A stretch of 64,000 nt of DNA from a virus, in the IMG/VR virus record IMGVR_UViG_3300032287_001952, positions 4,261-68,260 of that record. One strand, written 5' to 3'. This document shows, piece by piece, positions 61,164 to 64,000 of the stretch (position 1 is the first letter of the stretch; each line of letters starts with the position of its first letter). Below the pieces are notes generated by a model, which worked only from the letters and a program-made list of their open reading frames with translations, was not told the origin of the DNA and made no database searches. The position numbers were made by a program, and so were the translations under genes.

Positions 61164-61463
61164 TTAGAGAGATTCCGTGAAAGTTCCCACCTTGACTGCT
61201 TTCTTGGGAGCAGCAGAAGCTGGAGGAACAGAGATCCCGACTCTCACAAAGTACTTACGATCTGAACCTTGTGGCTGAACCATCTGACCAGCTTTGGACA
61301 GAGAGAACGGAGTGAGGTTTGTCCAACCAGTATCACCAGTTGAACTCTGACTCCGCAGATACTCTCCAGAGAATACCATCACAAAGTAGTCTTTACCATC
61401 TACTTCGATCTTGGCAGAACTCCAGTTGACCAATGATTTGATTAGGTTTGTGAGTGATTTCAT
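61164..61463 (-). CDS. Hypothetical protein, first gene of the early block
   Basis: 99-aa ORF followed by a terminator. Confidence 0.6.
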   Translation of the reverse strand: MKSLTNLIKSLVNWSSAKIEVDGKDYFVMVFSGEYLRSQSSTGDTGWTNLTPFSLSKAGQMVQPQGSDRKYFVRVGISVPPASAAPKKAVKVGTFTESL

Positions 61464-61748
61464 ATTTAATTACTCTTTCTTTGTTAGTTGTTTTAGTTTT
61501 GTTCAGAGGAACTTCTGTTCCCCTTGCCAACCGAACAACGAAACCGACCGAAAAAAAGCCGACCGACCCCCCGCCAAAAACCCGAAGGGTTTTTGAACCC
61601 CAAAGTATAAGATGATATAAGATAGAGAATATACCCTGGGGGAGTAGTACCCCTCTTTATTATTACAAGGAATCACGGGGGGTGATGTAAAAAATTTTTT
61701 TTATATTTTGGGCTCTGGACAAAACGCCCGAACCGATACAATGCACTT

Positions 61749-61994
61749 ATGCCTCTTGGACGTAACTACGCTATGGAGTACCGCCGGTACCACAGTTCGC
61801 GAAAAGCGAAACAAGACAGAGCGGCTAGAAACGCTGCCAGGAGAAGGTTGATATCGAAAGGTCGAGTTCGGAAGGGCGACGGAAAAGACGTCGACCACCG
61901 GGACGGAGATCCACGCAACAATCGTGCGGGGAACTTGAGGGTTATGTCAAAAGGTGCCAATCGTGGCCGGGACAATAACTCTTGGAGATACTAA
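61749..61994 (+). CDS. HNH-type small basic protein
   Basis: KGDGKDVDH.DG.P.NN..NLRV.S..ANR. Confidence 0.8.
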   Translation: MPLGRNYAMEYRRYHSSRKAKQDRAARNAARRRLISKGRVRKGDGKDVDHRDGDPRNNRAGNLRVMSKGANRGRDNNSWRY

Positions 61995-62143
61995 TGCCAC
62001 TCGGTCGACAAAAGAAAACGAAGCCGAAGGACGCTTGCTACAACAAGGTTAAGTCTCGGTACAAGGTTTGGCCATCTGCATACGCCAGTGGAGCACTAGT
62101 GAAGTGTCGCAAGGTCGGAGCAAAGAACTGGGGAAACAAATAA
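61994..62143 (+). CDS. Small basic protein (49 aa)
   Basis: Manual translation MPLGRQ...DACYNKVKSRYKVWPSAYASGALVKCRKVGAKNWG; TAATG overlaps. Confidence 0.7.
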   Translation: MPLGRQKKTKPKDACYNKVKSRYKVWPSAYASGALVKCRKVGAKNWGNK

Positions 62144-62376
62144 TGGCTTTCGAATTGGAAAAGAAATTCGGGTTGCACGGATGGTTCAAACGTAATAAGG
62201 GCAAGGGTTGGATCAACTGCAAAACAGGAGGCCCGTGTGGACGGGAAGACTCGAGCAAAGGAAGTTACCCAGCCTGTCGTCCGACCAAGGCAATGTGCAA
62301 TTCGGCTGCACGGAAAAAGAAAAGCTCAAAGCGTATAAGTTGGAAAAACAAGCGTGGGCTTGGCGGAAGAGCTTGA
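62143..62376 (+). CDS. Small basic Cys protein (DUF5872-like)
   Basis: L..WF...W...KTG.PCGR....YP.CRP. Confidence 0.65.
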   Translation: MAFELEKKFGLHGWFKRNKGKGWINCKTGGPCGREDSSKGSYPACRPTKAMCNSAARKKKSSKRISWKNKRGLGGRA

Positions 62377-62406
62377 CGCAAATTTGACTTAGAATAGGAT
62401 CTGAAC

Positions 62407-62562
62407 ATGCCTCTAGGACGTAACGTATCAGCCAACATTCGGGAGCTCTACGCCGATAACAAGAAAAAAGGTAAAGAGCGTGGTGCAAAAGGAAAGATGC
62501 GGTCGAAAAAACAGATCATCGCAATCGCCTTGTCCGCTGCTGGTAAGTCGAATAAGAAATAA
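62407..62562 (+). CDS. Small basic protein (DUF6496-like, 51 aa)
   Basis: SANIREL...KQIIAIALSAAGKS; promoter TTGACG-N16-TAGGAT 6 nt upstream. Confidence 0.65.
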   Translation: MPLGRNVSANIRELYADNKKKGKERGAKGKMRSKKQIIAIALSAAGKSNKK

Positions 62563-62620
62563 CAGCTGACAACATTCGTCAGCGGTATTGACACCTTACG
62601 ATTGTTTCCATCATCTAGGG

Positions 62621-62779
62621 ATGGACAAAAACCTAGAAAAGCTCAAAGAACAGATTGCCATCGAGGGCTTCATGGAAGCCAGCAAGGTATTCAGCTGGGA
62701 TCCTCTAGACTTCAAGGATAAGGACAAGGATAACATAGACGATCGTGCAGAGCACCCAGATGAGGTAGACGAGGTTTAA
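62621..62779 (+). CDS. Small acidic protein
   Basis: ATG 62621 follows TTGACA-N15-CATCAT. Confidence 0.5.
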   Translation: MDKNLEKLKEQIAIEGFMEASKVFSWDPLDFKDKDKDNIDDRAEHPDEVDEV

Positions 62780-62938
62780 GTGGACGACACCCTAATCGAA
62801 CTTGCAAAGCAGCTGGCGGCCTTATTAGGCCTGTTTACAGCGATTGTACTGACCATTGGAGTAGGCACGATTGGATGGGTAACAATAGCTTGGTTTGGCG
62901 ATATTATCTCTAAAGTACTACGCACAAGACTTAAGTAA
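62780..62938 (+). CDS. Small membrane protein
   Basis: GAGG RBS, GTG start, TM segment. Confidence 0.5.
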   Translation: MDDTLIELAKQLAALLGLFTAIVLTIGVGTIGWVTIAWFGDIISKVLRTRLK

Positions 62939-63461
62939 TTGGTAATCAACATTAGTGGGTATGTTTAGGTTTGTCCTCAACCCACTGACCAAACCCACTT
63001 GACCTAAAACCTTATAATAGTAGGTACTTATATATATATTCTTTCAAAAAGTGTATTAAGTGTATTAGTTTTAGATCGGAGGGTTTGGCAATTTATTTTT
63101 ATTGCCACAAAATAAAATATTATAGGTAATGGGTTTTTTCCACGATCCCCAACCCCCTTTCCCACTTTTCGTATCTAACCCTCGACTATCCAACCATTTA
63201 CGAAAACTGAACCACAAGTGGGATGAAACTCAAACCACTGAAACACAAAGGTTGATTTACAACGACTTACGTTTTTGGCGTTTCGATCTTGTAACTCGTT
63301 TAGGCTTAACGTTTTTCCAAACCTCGAACTTATCGTCCAGGTCGACAGACTTCAGCATAAGCCATTTGTAGACTTGGTAGCCTACGGTGAACCGCATTAG
63401 GAAGGTTCTAGAGACGATGTCTCCAAGCCAATAAAAAGCTTTGGAGGCTAGGAGTTTAATG

Positions 63462-63728
63462 TTACTGAAGTAGCTGGTAGGCTACGATTGAAGGGCTGGC
63501 AGAGGTAGGAGTGATTGCCGTAAAGTTCCCGTAGATTGTCGCACCAACAGGGATTGCCAAACCAGTGATCTGAGTTCCACCATTCCAGTTAGTGGCAGTC
63601 AAAGTAACCGTCGTTGCGGCAAGAGCAGTGATTGCTTGCCAAGGTCCACCAGTTAGTGCTGTATTTTGAGTTGCTCCACGTACTGCCGTGCTTTGAGCTA
63701 AGTCCAACAATGATGCTCCGTTTGCCAT
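63462..63728 (-). CDS. Small beta-sandwich virion decoration-like protein
   Basis: A/T/G rich; IP.G.TIYG.FT.IT..S...VAY; promoter TTGACA-N15-TAAATT. Confidence 0.6.
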   Translation of the reverse strand: MANGASLLDLAQSTAVRGATQNTALTGGPWQAITALAATTVTLTATNWNGGTQITGLAIPVGATIYGNFTAITPTSASPSIVAYQLLQ

Positions 63729-63759
63729 ATGGTTTGAATTTAATCCCTTTTTAGTTTTG

Positions 63760-63999
63760 TCAATCGTTCTTGGGCAATTCTATTTCCCATTGCGTGATTC
63801 CGTTCAACAGCAGAAGACGTTTGACACGTGTGTTATCCAGAACGGAGATCGACGCAAGCAAACGACCAAGCATTCTGGAACTAGGCACGAACATCTTCAC
63901 GCTCTGGCTGAGCTTTGCGTCTTGTTGGAATGCTAGGAGTAGCTCGATCGCAGATCCCTTCCAGTGAGTCTCCGCAGGATTATCTTTCTTGAATTGGAA
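63760..63999 (-). CDS. C-terminus of a gene entering the window, possibly primase-helicase
   Basis: Open frame ...HWKGSAIELL...SSRMLGRLL...NGITQWEIELPKND, winged-helix-like; no primase is seen elsewhere in the window. Confidence 0.45.
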   Translation of the reverse strand, partial: FQFKKDNPAETHWKGSAIELLLAFQQDAKLSQSVKMFVPSSRMLGRLLASISVLDNTRVKRLLLLNGITQWEIELPKND

Positions 64000-64000
64000 C

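Noticed and set aside
1-64000. Alternative genetic code or prophage status
   Set aside because: Long genes are intact under the standard code with TAA, TAG and TGA all used as stops; no integrase, repressor or host genes are visible

Overview
The window holds most of a lytic, podovirus-like tailed phage genome, probably circularly permuted with a few kb missing. It starts inside a family A DNA polymerase gene and ends inside another minus-strand gene. Layout: (i) 1-5.8 kb, minus-strand replication module (PolA, SSB-like protein, split DUF2800/Cas4-like nuclease, SNF2 helicase, RuvC-like resolvase). (ii) 5.9-47.7 kb, plus-strand morphogenesis and lysis (TerL, portal, scaffold, major capsid, lysis cassette, tail tube and fibres, three ejection proteins). 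(iii) 48.5-61.5 kb, minus-strand early/accessory genes (C5 methyltransferase with a nested second subunit, GP88, histone-fold candidate, MoxR/vWA pair). (iv) 60-63.7 kb, TerS-like gene, small basic proteins and a candidate pac/ori region. The best candidate for a new system is the 4344-aa ejection protein, which reads as an injected polyprotein. It carries an FtsK-gamma-like winged helix, a sigma70/ECF-like sigma2+sigma4 pair, a zincin-like domain, a HipA/CtkA-like kinase and an ADP-ribosyltransferase. Its effector cassettes are separated by a four-times repeated L-G-A-A-M-P motif, and an 86-aa out-of-frame gene with its own RBS is nested inside it. All domain calls are motif recognition by eye; no searches were run. 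No tRNA, rRNA, CRISPR array or integrase was seen.
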